64,000 nt of DNA from Gonapodya sp. JEL0774. Its lineage: Eukaryota. The translations under genes and the position numbers were made by a program. The stretch covers positions 1-64,000 of the forward strand of contig JADIIX010000024.1 in the NCBI GenBank assembly GCA_027604505.1, read 5' to 3'. Below, in pieces: positions 1 to 15,027 of the stretch (position 1 is its first letter; each line of letters begins with the position of its first letter). Under the pieces are notes generated by a model that had not been told where the DNA came from, made no database searches, and saw nothing but the letters and a program-made list of their open reading frames with translations.

Positions 1-1226
1 AGCAAATATATTGTACACCTCGAACACCATCATACACTCCCGCCCCTTCGATCCATCCCGTGCAGTCCTCCACAACCCATTCTCCGCGTTTTCATAATAC
101 GACGAAGGGGAAAACAGTCGTCCCAAACACCGGCAAACGACAAGTGTTTAGACGCTGGATGAAACAAGCGCTGATGCAACAATGACATAGTCTGGTCTAT
201 AAAACCGCATAAGCTCATCCACTCGAATGTAATCTCGAATATCCCCCAAGGTGTATTTCACCCGCGGAAGTTTCATTTGACACAACCATTGCTTGTTTTC
301 GTCTCGTGATACACTCATTATCCTGTTATTACAGTTATAATACAATCGAACCAACTCTTCCACCAATGACCCTGTTCCTCCAAAATATCATAATCTCGCT
401 GTCGTTCACGAGAGGAGCATATTCATCTTGACTCCACTTGAACCGGTTACCAAGTAGACTCATGTCCCAGTCTCCGGGTTTCACGGTTCTCTTGAATTCA
501 AGTGTCTTCAATACTGCTTGATTGACATTGTGTTCCTGCAGTGTGCGGACTCTGCTGCGTCGATCCCTTTCGATGCTCTTACTCTGCTCTGTGCCTCTGT
601 CGGTGTCTGCTGCGTGTGCAGGTGGGACGCAGCGCAGGGAACTGTGCGCAGTTTTCAGCTGCGGAGTAGAAGTGCTGCGGCTCACAGAGAGAACGGAGTG
701 CGGATTGTGATGGATGAGTCTGGCGTGTTTCCGGTGCGTCGGTGTGCTTGAGTCCCGTGCTCCAGTCTGTTTTTCTTTGTGCACCGAAAGGCTTCAACCC
801 AGACCACCACTTCGCCAATATTATTCATCTCTGCTTTCTCGATATATTCACTCTCACTCTCTCTCATTCCTCACTCTATTTCAATGGATCCTTTCATATT
901 TTGTTACATCACCCGTCAAACCTGCTCCCTCTCTCCCCTCACTTCAATTCTGCTCCGCGCACGTTACCCTGAAACGCACGGCTGATACAATTGAGCTAAT
1001 ATAACGTTGGTTGGATATTTGGGTTGGAAGTGGTGGTGCTGTTTACTTGGAGATTGCCTTTTTGCTCTGTGGCACACAGAGAGGCAGGCTCACGAAACTT
1101 CTGTGAGGCAGTGTAGCTGCCAATTTGAGCAATATTGAATTGGTTCTCAGCCTCTTTCCCGAAGACACAATATGGTGGACGTTCTTCAACAGCCCCATCA
1201 GTTGGATGATCCTCGGTCTGGTCCTA

Positions 1227-1282
1227 CTGTGGACGGGGCCTGGGCGGCTGTGGACGGGCCTGGGCGGCTGTGGACGGGGCCC
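1227..1282. repeat. Short tandem repeat, ~2.7 copies of CTGTGGACGGG(G)CCTGGGCGG (20-21 bp unit)
   Basis: Units at 1227-1247, 1248-1267 and a partial at 1268-1282, read directly. Confidence 0.9.
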
Positions 1283-1624
1283 GGACTGCTGTGTGCCCCA
1301 TGGAGGAGCACAATCTCGCTGTGTGCGCAAGGAGAGATCGGAAGACCTTTTGGATTCGACGGACAACTCGGACTCTAAGAGCTCTGAATATGCGGACGAG
1401 CCCTCACGCCAGCTTCTGAGACATACACTGCCTCGCTTACATTGAAGTTGAAAAACTTATTGCTCAACAAGAAGTCACCGAATGTATTCACACTAAGCTA
1501 AAGTTTCACACAAGATTTTGTTAATTATTGCCCGCCAGAACAGAGCAAAGAGTGTTTCCTGGATGGTGGGAAGTCAGACCATGGTTGAGATCGGAAAAAA
1601 GGGTACCAACCGTGCTTGAGTGCT

Positions 1625-1987
1625 TTAGAAATCGCTCTTCTTGCTCTTTGCAGCCAGCAACGCCAGATCGGTGCCGTTAACAACAAGGGATCCCGCCATT
1701 CCCCCAACAGTGGCGTCCAGAATGCCGCCCACGACTTGCGCCGAGCCGGCTGCTGTGCCCGACTTGCTCGATGTTGCCACAGAAGCTGTGGTCTGGGTTG
1801 TGGTGATGGTGTGGGCAAAAGGAGAATACATGGCTGGTTTGGAGAGGGGCTGACGTTTGTGACTCACGTTGATCGCTCCTTCAACGATGCGCCCAACTGG
1901 ACCAGGGACAAAAGCGCCGACAGTCATCCCGGTAACCCATGCAGCGCCACGGATGAACTTCTTTTTGGAATTCGAGTTGTCGCTCAT
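1625..1987 (-). CDS. Hypothetical small Gly/Ala-rich hydrophobic protein (glycine-zipper-like)
   Basis: Intronless ORF MSDNSNSKKKFIRGAAWVTGMTVGAFVPGPVG...GGILDATVGGMAGSLV with two GxxxG-rich hydrophobic segments; no family recognised. Confidence 0.35.
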   Translation of the reverse strand: MSDNSNSKKKFIRGAAWVTGMTVGAFVPGPVGRIVEGAINVSHKRQPLSKPAMYSPFAHTITTTQTTASVATSSKSGTAAGSAQVVGGILDATVGGMAGSLVVNGTDLALLAAKSKKSDF

Positions 1988-3588
1988 TTCGTGGGTGGTT
2001 GATTTTGCTGTCACCGACTGTCAGCACAACTTGTTTTTAAGTCTGTCGAGCCTGAAACTGTTTCTCCGAAAGATACCTGTATGATGCGGCCCGTTAAATG
2101 CCGTTCACCGAACAGAAAGGCGGATAACAAATTTGTGCAAAATGATCCACGAAAGATTACCAACAATTCATGTGGGTAGGTTGTCGTCCAGGGATTGCGT
2201 GAAACCGAAGGTAGACGAGCCGCGTGGTTCTTATTTTATAGTAATTTTATTGGGAGATAGCTTGGGAGACAAACTTGGGATGATCCGTAGTGGCACTGCC
2301 ACGGACTACCATGTTCTCCCCTCGTATATGACACACATGTCCAACTCCTTCTCCTCCTTCGTCATTCATTTCCCAGAAGCTTCTCGAAAAAGGTGAATAC
2401 TGTATTGTCTGCCCCCGTCTTTGGAGAGGAGGACAGCTCTTGGTGTCGGTGGTCACGCGACTGACTCGCTCGGCAGAACCGGAGATGACTGGACTCGTGC
2501 GCCCCCAACCTCGCTGCCATTGCTCTGGACGAATATTCCTTGGTCCTGTGTGATGTATTGCAACGTTCCGTCAATGCCTATGCTGACTCCGCTCTTTTCA
2601 ATGATGATGGGGTGTGCGGCTTGGTTTGATGGAGTTGTTTTGGGGATCATCTGAGTTGAAGAAGGAAACCATCCCACTCAGTTCGTCATATCACGAAACA
2701 AAGTAAAGAGATTGACCCACGAAAAGCAAATTTCAAATTTATCTTGGTCGATTTTATGGCCTTGGTGCAACGAGAGTCAAAGGTTTGGTAGAGCTGGAAC
2801 GAAAGCAAGGTGACATGAAAGCCAGAGCAAGTCACTCACACGTGATGTACGAGTAAGAGTGGCAATAGTTTGTTGCTTCACCGTGTTTCTCAGCATAGCA
2901 GGAGTGAGAGGGTACTTGCGTTTGCACCTGATCAGAACAGGAGGAGTCAAAAGTGCGAGGCAGCTGACCGTGCGATGGATTCCCACGAGGCACAACAAGT
3001 AGAAAAAACTCGACGGTCCGTTGGGGACGGATCGCGGAAAAAAGTTTCTCCAGCCATTTTTGTATCGCAAGAGTGCAGATGGTTACGTGGTTGGTGAAAC
3101 TGGGGCTTGTGGAGGCAAGGCGAAGAGTCGGGGAGCTGGATCGAGTCGCTCCGCGCCCAAAACAGGGACAAATACCGTCACGAGTAAGTCGAAAAGAGGT
3201 TGACTGAGGTGTCGGAAACACGTGTTGAATATTGCGATCATCGGTTGAATTCGCTGATTTCAAAAGTTTGTCAGATGTCTTTTTTTACAACACATTCTTT
3301 ACCCCTTCGCGCAAGCCTTGTACCACTCCCGCTATCTCTGTTTTCAGACACCCAGACCACGTATTTGACAGAAAAAGTTCGTTTGACCTCACATGCGGCA
3401 CACCAACAAACGTACAAGACTGCGGAAATATACGTTGAAACATAGAACACGCCAACGGGTTGACAATGTCATCGATCGAGTATGGTGAGAGTGTCATTTG
3501 GCTTTTCTGTGGGAAGGGCGTGCGGTGCTGTGGTCGTCGGGTGAACCGATGGGGCAGTAAAGCCGCGACTGAGAACACCAGCACATAA

Positions 3589-6571
<2,983 letters not shown>

Positions 6572-7009
6572 GCGGACCCTGTGGCGAGGAGCGCCAGGGT
6601 AACGCAGGGCCGGGTGGGGCTCGGCGGATGATTGTAGTTCGAGGGTGGACCCGCGTATGTGCTGTGCTGTGGGTGTGGCTTGGTTGCGGAGGGCGGGTTA
6701 TGTTGGTGTTCATGGCAAATAGAATTGGGGGAAGAACCACGTCGTTGTGGAGCAGGCGAGTATATGTATCGGTCGTTGAGGGGTCGTACATTGGTTGTTC
6801 TCGATAGACGCGATCCACAATGTCGTGTCTGTAGGAAACTCGAAGTTTGTATAGGGAGTCGTTGAATTGTACAACATGCTGGCAGGGAACGAATTCTCGT
6901 TCGTGATCGAACCGAACCAAGATGGTTCTTTGCCTTGACAGAACTTTAGAGAACGATCGGACACACTCTCAGAAGAAATCCTATTGTTTGTACAAAATTT
7001 CCTTCTACA

Positions 7010-10000
7010 TCATGCGTAGTCACCAGATAGAAATCGCTTTGCGTCGTAATATGTGGCTTGAATCTTCTTACCACTGAACCAACGACCGTCAAGACTTTCT
7101 TTTGCTTTGGAGGAACCTGAGGGTTGGTTCGGCGTTGTGCACGTGTCAGAGACATCGACACATTCACGTAAGCATGTTGTACACGGTACTCACCGGCTAC
7201 GGAGTCGAACTGTATAAATATCTTGACCCGTGGTTCCGCTCCGTCAGCAACGTGTACGACAATGTCGACAACCTTACCAAACTTGCTGCACTCCTCCCTC
7301 ATATCATCCTTGAGATCCTCGTCAACGTCGTCCACCGTGAGGTTCGAGAGCTGAATGACCACGGACGCCGCCTGCGCCGGAGCACCATCACGTGCAGCGA
7401 GCTTGCGCATGATATCCATTCGCTGGTTGGCCTTGATCCCAGACATGTTTTCCTCGTTGGCGAGGGACTCGTCCCGGATGGCACCAACTGCGGCGGCCAA
7501 TGCAGCAGGCATTGAGAAAGAAGACGCGCTGGAACCTATGACAGGAGGGGGAGGGGCAAGTTTCGCTGTAGCGAGAAGATTCCGAAACGTGAGCCCCAGC
7601 AACACGATTGATCAAGCTCCTCCAAAGCACTCACCGATACTGGTGTTTATATTTTGTGCCGCCGCCAAGACAGCTGACGGTAACGATATCTTCACCGGAT
7701 TTACTATGGGAACCTTCTCCAAACCCTTCATTCCTTCCGGGAAGGGGCCGCCCACAATGCACTTGGAGATCCGCAGCTGCAATCCCCCAAGCTCAAACCC
7801 GCTCATGGCCTGAACTGCACTAACAGCAGCACTCTCTTCTTCAAATTCAATGAACCTAGAGATCGAAGGGAGTAAATTGACGCAGGGAGAGTTAGTTTCA
7901 TGCCGCAAGCCTCAAACAAGTGGCCGAGTTCTGAGTCCGAAGGTCTTCCTACGATATATCCATGCCTCCAAGGCATCGAAACACCCACTCAGGTGGAAAG
8001 GCAAGGATGGAGGAGAGGGAGAAACAGAGGGGAAGAAACAAAGAAGGAAAAGAAAGTTCTAGCGCCACGATCGCGCATCCCTCTAGCCTCGCCCAAACGG
8101 GAACCGAACTAAGCACGCGCATATTTCGAGCCCACCGGCGACACCAGTCTGGGGAGCTTGAGAAGCGAAGTGACGACAACCGGGCTTTCATCGTTGATTC
8201 AGCACGTGTAGACAGTGGGAGGGATTGCGGAACGATCATGCGCCAAAAAAGGCGCTGCCAGTCAAGGAAAAGGGTGTCGCAAGAACAAAAAAAGTTGGAA
8301 GGAACAGGCAGGAGATGTCCAGTGAGTGGCTTAAACAATTGAAGTTCCCACTACGCCAGTTCCAACTTCGACGATTCGGACCCAGAACTCGTATAGCCCA
8401 CTTCGTATCAGAAACAAAAATCCTCACCCGCATCCTTTGTGCTTTCTTGTCATCGGGTCGGGCTGCCAAGTTAAGTAAAATTTCACATTAAACTGTGATA
8501 CACAACCGAGAATATCCGTCAAGACTCACCAGCAAAGAGCACGCTTTCACCTTTCCAAACGATTCAAAAATATTTGAGAGGTCTGGCTCCTTCACATGTT
8601 CATTTACGTTTGCAACGTAAATTCGTTCGGGAGGAGGAGGAGGGAGCGATTCCGTCACGGAGGGATTATAGTTGTTGGGGCGTCCAACTTTCAAAGTCCT
8701 GAAAAGTGAATTTGGGGCCGCTCAACAAGATGTCGCATGATTCCCTTGGGTGCGTGAGAGACCCACCTCCCACCCAAGTTAAATCCGTTCATCGTGTCGA
8801 GCGCCATCTGCGCCGCCTCCGGCACATCATACTCGACAAAACAAAATCCCTTGTGCCTTCCGGTGGTAGGCTCAATGGTCATAGACGCCGCTCTCACCCA
8901 TCCAAACTGAGAAAACACAGTCTTGATGTGATGCTCATTGACTTCGAACGAGACCGAGCCGACGTAGATACGGGAGATGATGGCGATAGAGCGGGCGTCA
9001 GCAGCAGATTGGGAAGCATTTGCGCCGGCGAGAAGGCTCAAGGGAGAAGGTGCTGCAGGGAGGGTACCAGGACCAGGAGAGGCGCGCGGAGGTGTCCCTC
9101 CAGTGTGAGTATTCGCAGGACCGGTAGCAGCTTGACTTATAAGCTGGAAGAAAGTAGCAATATTCTGAAAGGTGGGGTAATCGATTTGAGCTTTTCCGTG
9201 GACTCACAATTGCAGTCTGTTCCTTTGCGAACTTCTTCGCCTCCTCCAACCTAGACCTCTGATCATCCGTTAGCAAACTAAGAGGGATCTGCCTCGCCCA
9301 TGCCCCAGTAGTGGCTGCTGGAGGCGCAGGAGGAGACCCAGCCCGGGAATTGGCAGGGGCTGTTGGTGAAGACGTAAATAGGCAAAACAGGAACTGCTGT
9401 AGCGGGCGCAAGAACAAGTACTCACATCCTCGACTTGAGCCGTCGTCTCTTCTCCGCCTCTTTCTGCGGTCGTCATCCGACGCGTCACTGTTCCGCCTCC
9501 GGCGGTCTCGAGACCTGGGCCAAAGCAAGGTCAGATTTACGAAGGTCAAGGTTGCATAGAGTCGAGCAAACCTGCTTCGCGTCCTGCTTCTTCGTCTTCG
9601 TTCTTCTCTATCCCTCTCGTAGCGGTCTCGGTCACGACGCCGGTCACGGGATCGAGAGCGAGTGCGGGAGCGGGTTCGACTGGTGGTGCAACGGGAGGTA
9701 AGAGAGTGAAAACAAAAGGGGTAAACTGCAAAGCAAGCAATTTGATAGCTAACCTTCCGCGAGCGTCACGACGGTCGCTAGACCACCGAGTGAATGTAGA
9801 GGCGGTGTGAGTAGGTGGCAAAACGAAACAGCTGTAGTAGCGACTCACCGCTCCCGATCTCTTTCCCTGTCCCTTTCCCGGTGTCTTTCCCGATCTCTCT
9901 CCCGGTCTCTATCACGCTCCCTTAACAAATTGTGTTAATTGGATTTGGAGGGTGAAACAAGCGGCATCGAGAGCACACCTGTCACGCGACCTATCTCTGT

Positions 10001-10646
10001 CAATCCGCCGTTTTTCACGAGATCTATCACGGTCACGGTCACGGTCACGGTCACCGTTTAGAGAGCGGTCACTGGCGGAGTAGTTGCTCTAGCAATCTTG
10101 CTTTTTAATAGTTAACAGAGCGAGGACTCACACGTCCCTTTCACGCCTCTTTTCCCTTTCCAGTTCCTTGGAGCCTTCTCGTTTCTCGTCACGGTCCTTG
10201 GTTTTTCGTTCTCTGTCGTCTCGATCACGCTTCTCTACGGACTTTTCACGATCCCGAGACCTGTCCCTCCTGTCCTTTTCGCGGTCTCGATCTCGCTCTC
10301 GGTCTCTCTTGTCACGTTTTCCACCTTCGTCCTTTTCCTTCTCTCTGTCCTTCCTCTCCTTCTTCTTGTGACGGTCATCACCCTTCTCGTCAACATCCTT
10401 CCTGTCCTTATCTCTTTTTGACTTCTCGACATCCTCCCCTCCATCATCCTCACGTTCCACGCGCTCGGACTTTCTCTTGCCTCTTGGCTCCTCCGCCCGC
10501 GTGTTGTTATCTTCGCCAGGGCCGCTCTCGTCCATTGGATCTGAAGCATTCGGCGTGGAAGAACGTTTGATGACCAAATTTGGTAGTGGTTCGTCTGTTT
10601 CCATAGGTGAGGGTTCGGGATGGTGAATTCCGTTGGGATTTGACAT
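7010..10646 (-). CDS. PUF60: PUF60/Half-pint-like poly(U)-binding splicing factor (RD/RS-rich N-terminus, RRM1, RRM2, C-terminal UHM); multi-exon
   Basis: LTDDQRSRLEEAKKFAKEQ; RRM1 SRIYVGSVSFE...HKGFCFVEYDVPEAAQMALDTMNG..LGGR..KVGRP; RRM2 RIYVANV...KHKGCGFIEF; EENMS..MRKL; UHM with EECSKFG and GRWF. Start codon approximate. Confidence 0.88.
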
Positions 10647-11167
10647 GCTACCCGTTCCCGTCGCAATCAATGTTGAGTTTCGGTCAGGTTTCCACACTTG
10701 GTGGACGGATTCCATCGCGCAAACATAATTAGCGAGCGTTGTATTTCCTCCAATGCTACACCAAACATTCTTGTCCCTCTTATGACAATGATAATACTGC
10801 TTTCCGTAAGTTGTCAGCCTGGTCGCCCGCAACAGTTAGAGCAACGCTTGCCACATGTAGAAACCACGAAAAAACATACCAATTTTAGGGAAAGGTGACT
10901 TGAAAGGATGAAAGACGTAAGTTTCCCACCATGGTTTCGAAGGATGGGAGGCGAACCAACCCATTTATGGTTCGTTCATCTCCCCCATATACAGGACGCA
11001 ACCGTTGAGGCGCCGTAGGAGCTTTTCAAGCGCTCATAAGAAACTAGTAGAGCATGAAACTAGTGGAGCAAACATAGAGCAGAGTGAGAAAAATCCGGGG
11101 GACTGACGTTTTGTGCTGAGGTGAAGATAGACACAACCATGAAGAACGAATTCTCAGGCGATTTGAA

Positions 11168-13579
11168 ATGAATCCTGGCGAAGGGGATCGGGGACGGGCT
11201 CCATCTACAGTGAAGTCACCAGCAACAACCCGTGCTACCCCATCTACGGCGTCTGCTCGGTTGAGGGCTTTGGCAGAACGACCACCTACGGCAACTTCTA
11301 GTGGAGCAGCGTCCGCAACATCAGCGGCGTCATCGATCTCATCACTACTCGCTTCGCTTCAAGCGTCACGAGCTGCACAGCTACCACGGGCGGGATCCAC
11401 AGCAGCAGTCACCAAGTCGAATTCGGGTGCTGCCAGCTCCAGCTCATCAAGTACCATTGCTACAGCATTGGTGCCCGCGAATCCACTTAGAGATACTGTC
11501 AGACGTACGACAGCGTATGGTGCAGACGAATGTGTGGTGTTGCAAATAGGTGTGTTGGTGTGGGCATCTCTACAGTCATGTAACAGCTTTGAGTAACACT
11601 CTTTTCACACTCTCCACTTATAGGTTCGCTTTACACCAGAATGGGATTCGCCGGCGAGTCCAAGCCTCGTCATGTGGTACCCAACACCATCCCTGACCTC
11701 CCTCCCCCACTTGGATCGCATGATAACATTGAGGGATCCCCTCTTGGACGAAAAGTGAGAGTGCTTTAATATATCTTGGATGCAAAAATAGGCGCATTGA
11801 GGTTACGAAGAAGTCCAGTCGCATTTCTTTGAATCTATTGCCCACTGTTCGTTACCGCAATGCTGACGCATTTTATGACTCACGCGACAAAACTTCCACT
11901 ACCAAGCTCGCACCACTTTTCATTCCTTCTCCACCAACTCCTGACCATCACGCCGAATTGACCCGCCGTCTCCATAATCTGTTCCGTGATGCTTGCCTCC
12001 ATCGACTACTCGTCGACCCGCGGGGAAAGCGAGTCGTAGTCGTGGAAGGGATGGGCTGGGCTGTGGGAGCAAAGAGGGCGGTTGTGGAGGCGATTGTGGG
12101 GTGTGGACAGGTGAGTTTAAGATGCGATAACAAGAAATTGAGCGGAACCATCCCCTCCATGTCGAGAATTGCATCTCGGGAAACTCAAGACTTCCCACAT
12201 TCTTCCTCTTCATCCATGTTTCTGTGGCCCTCTTAATCGAGGGATCATTTGCGTGACGCCAATGTTAAACTGACTTGTCCTGCCTGCCGGACTCGGCTGA
12301 CCCCTCCGTCCCTCCTCTTCCCATTCTCATTTGTCTCCCGCCCCTTCACGAATTTCAGGCCGCTTCAATCACCTTCATTCCGCATCCGATCGCTTCTCTT
12401 CTCCCTCACGCCCTCTCGCATGCCATCACCATTCACCTGGGCCACAGTGATTCGGTTATTGCTCCTGTGTACGATCGAAGAGTGCTCTGGAGTGTCTGCA
12501 GATGGCATCCTCGCGCTGGAGCTGCCGTCGGTGAGAGGATTAGAGAGGGCGTGAAGATGTGGGGTGGCATTGTTGTGTTTGGTGAGGGAGGTGATGAGGG
12601 TGTTGGAACCGAGCGGCGCGTCACTGAAGCAGATCTCGTGGCGATGGACTTGGTATGGAGAGAAGATGCAGTGGCACGGTGCTGCTTTGCCGCGGCGCTT
12701 CCTGACTGGAAAAAACGACACTATGACCTGAATGTAGATGGTGGGGCAGTTTCTACGTTCGGGGAGGAGGTTGCGGATGAACAGGACTCTGTTCATCCAC
12801 CATTCCTCTCTTCTGCACGGGACGTCCTCGTGCCCCTACCACTAGTTGCATCTGACGCTGGTGAAGCGCTCGTCCGAGTGCCTGGGTTTGTCCGCGAACG
12901 CGCTATTGAATGCTTGTTTGAATCGACAGAGTTCGGGGAGGCGTGGGAGTGGGCGGATTATCGGGTTCCACGAAAGAGAAGCAGTTCACATAATGAAAAA
13001 GAAAAAGGTGGGTGGGAGGTGCGAAGGAGAGAATGGTATGGTGGAGTGGCGGTCGAGGTAGCAGATGTGCTCCTTGCGGTGAGTTACGCAGTCTCGATTC
13101 CTATGGCCTCGCCCAACGTAAGCCTTATTTTGTTTCAACCTCTTCTTCCAGCTTCCGTTGGATCTTCGTCCAGTGTGCGTATCCCACATCCTCATTACTG
13201 GAGGTTTGTCGCACATGCCGGGGTTGCGTGCCCGGGTGGCCGAAGAAGTGCGTTGGACCCTGGAGAGAGATCCTCGGTACAAAGAACTGGCCTTCTTGGC
13301 AGAGAAAGTGGCGGTGATCCAGGGTGTGTGGGATGGTGGCATAGTCGGATGGACCGGAGGTGGGTCGTAATGTGATATAACAGGCTAATGCACCATCATG
13401 TCTCATGTCTCGTGCATTCTTGTTTGCGCCTTGCACCACAAATGTACTTAGCGTCGCTTGCTGGGTCTCTGAAAATCGGTTCTGCTGAGGAGGTGACACG
13501 AGAGAAGTGGGAGGGGAGTGCGATGGCGAGAGTTGATTTTGGCGAAGTCCTGGCTAGCAATCTGGCAAGAAGAGCTTAG
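11168..13579 (+). CDS. ACTR10: Actin-related protein Arp10 (dynactin pointed-end subunit); multi-exon
   Basis: VVLQIG/SLYTRMGFAGESKPRHVV, LLVDPRGKRVVVVE, IHLGHSDSVIAPVYD, ILITGGLSHMPGLRARV, WTG..LAGSLK; long S/A/T-rich N-terminal extension. Confidence 0.8.
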
Positions 13580-13684
13580 AGTTGTACCAGCTTCAGTGTT
13601 CCTTTCCATTGGGGACAAGTGTACCTGAGAAGATAAGGGGTTGCCGCTCCTTAGACACCCCAAAATCATGATCAGGACATATTG

Positions 13685-14869
13685 ATGCTCAACGATCTTC
13701 TTACCACAGAATACCAGGCGGAAAGTGACAATCAACCATTTGCCTCTTGTGTAATTTCTTTGATCACAGTTCTCACCATGATCCACGCCAATCTCCAGCG
13801 AACCGGCTCCATCACCTCCTCGCCGATGCCGGGCTTCCCGCACACCTTCTCTCACGTACCGCGGCAATCAACCTCAAGGCCATTTCTGGAGCAGCAGCGG
13901 CTGCGGGCTGTGCGGACGGGTCTGTGAGCGGGTGGGCACTAGAATGTGTCACGATTCACATGGACTCTGAGATTGATTTGAGTCCCATATTGTCCCACGC
14001 CAGTATTCTCATGGCGCTACACGATCTTACTGTGAGGCAAATGGACGTGGAGAACGAGAAAGTGCTGTGGGAGAGCGAGGCGCAACGACTGGAGGGCATG
14101 GTAGAGGAAGCGGTGCAAATGGTGACAGACTTTGAAGGGTGAGAGAGTCCATGCGATTTTCTATCCTGAAAAATGCCCCTGCTTATTTATTGCTTGCCTT
14201 CGATGGGCCATACACTTCGAAACCGTGGATAAATATGCATTTTGTCCAGCCTGCTCAGGCGGTTTCGCGAAAACGAGCCAGCGGAAAATAGGAAAATCGG
14301 AGAATGGCGTCGTAACGCCCAGCTACTAGCCCACAAAGGAAGGGAGTACGCAGAGCGGATACGAGCTCTGGAAGAGGTGAGATTGAGATCTTCGTCTTGA
14401 AGGGGCTTTCCTTTGCACGAGTTGGGATAGCTTGAGGAATAATGGCTCTCTTTGATGCACTATCTCCTGATTTGATATCTTTCGAAGGTGGTTGATGTGG
14501 GTTCGCTTGAACCGATTCGGGCTGCTTCCCTCCATCAATTGCGAGAGACTGTCAGGGAGCTCGAACAGACTGTTGTAGAGGAAGAAAAAAGACTAAATGG
14601 GTTTCGACAACTACCTCCGGTGAGTCAACTTGGATACAATGTGTTAGTATGAGATTTCCTACCTTGGATCATATTCATAGGACATGATGCTCGCCCGGCT
14701 AGAGGTGGAAAGAAAGAAGCAAGAGCTGGTAAGTCTGTTAGCCGCCTGTACTTTCAGTTTTACCTTTCAACTCGATTCTGTGCGTGTTATGTTCTTTTGA
14801 TGTGTATGCAATAATTCTCAGGCAATACTATTGAAACGGCGAGAGGGAGCGTTAACTAAATTCATATGA
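13685..14869 (+). CDS. HAUS1: HAUS1/augmin subunit 1-like coiled-coil protein (5' end uncertain)
   Basis: Spliced product: NDLLTTEYQAE-TNRLHHLLADAGLPAHLLS...ILMALHDLT...EWRRNAQLLAHKGREY...LNGFRQLPPDMMLARLEVERKKQEL, matching the HAUS1 C-terminal LPPDxxLAxxxIE pattern. Confidence 0.7.
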
Positions 14870-15027
14870 TTGTAAGTTCTATCATAATCACGAATCTGCA
14901 ATAATACAAATGAAAGCGAGTACTGTTGGCAAGCAGAGCACACAAGGCGGAAGCAGGGCCCAGCTACAGTTGCAACCCCCTCTTCAGCAGACCTCGCTCG
15001 TTTTTACCACAGCACCTAGCGTCCGTC

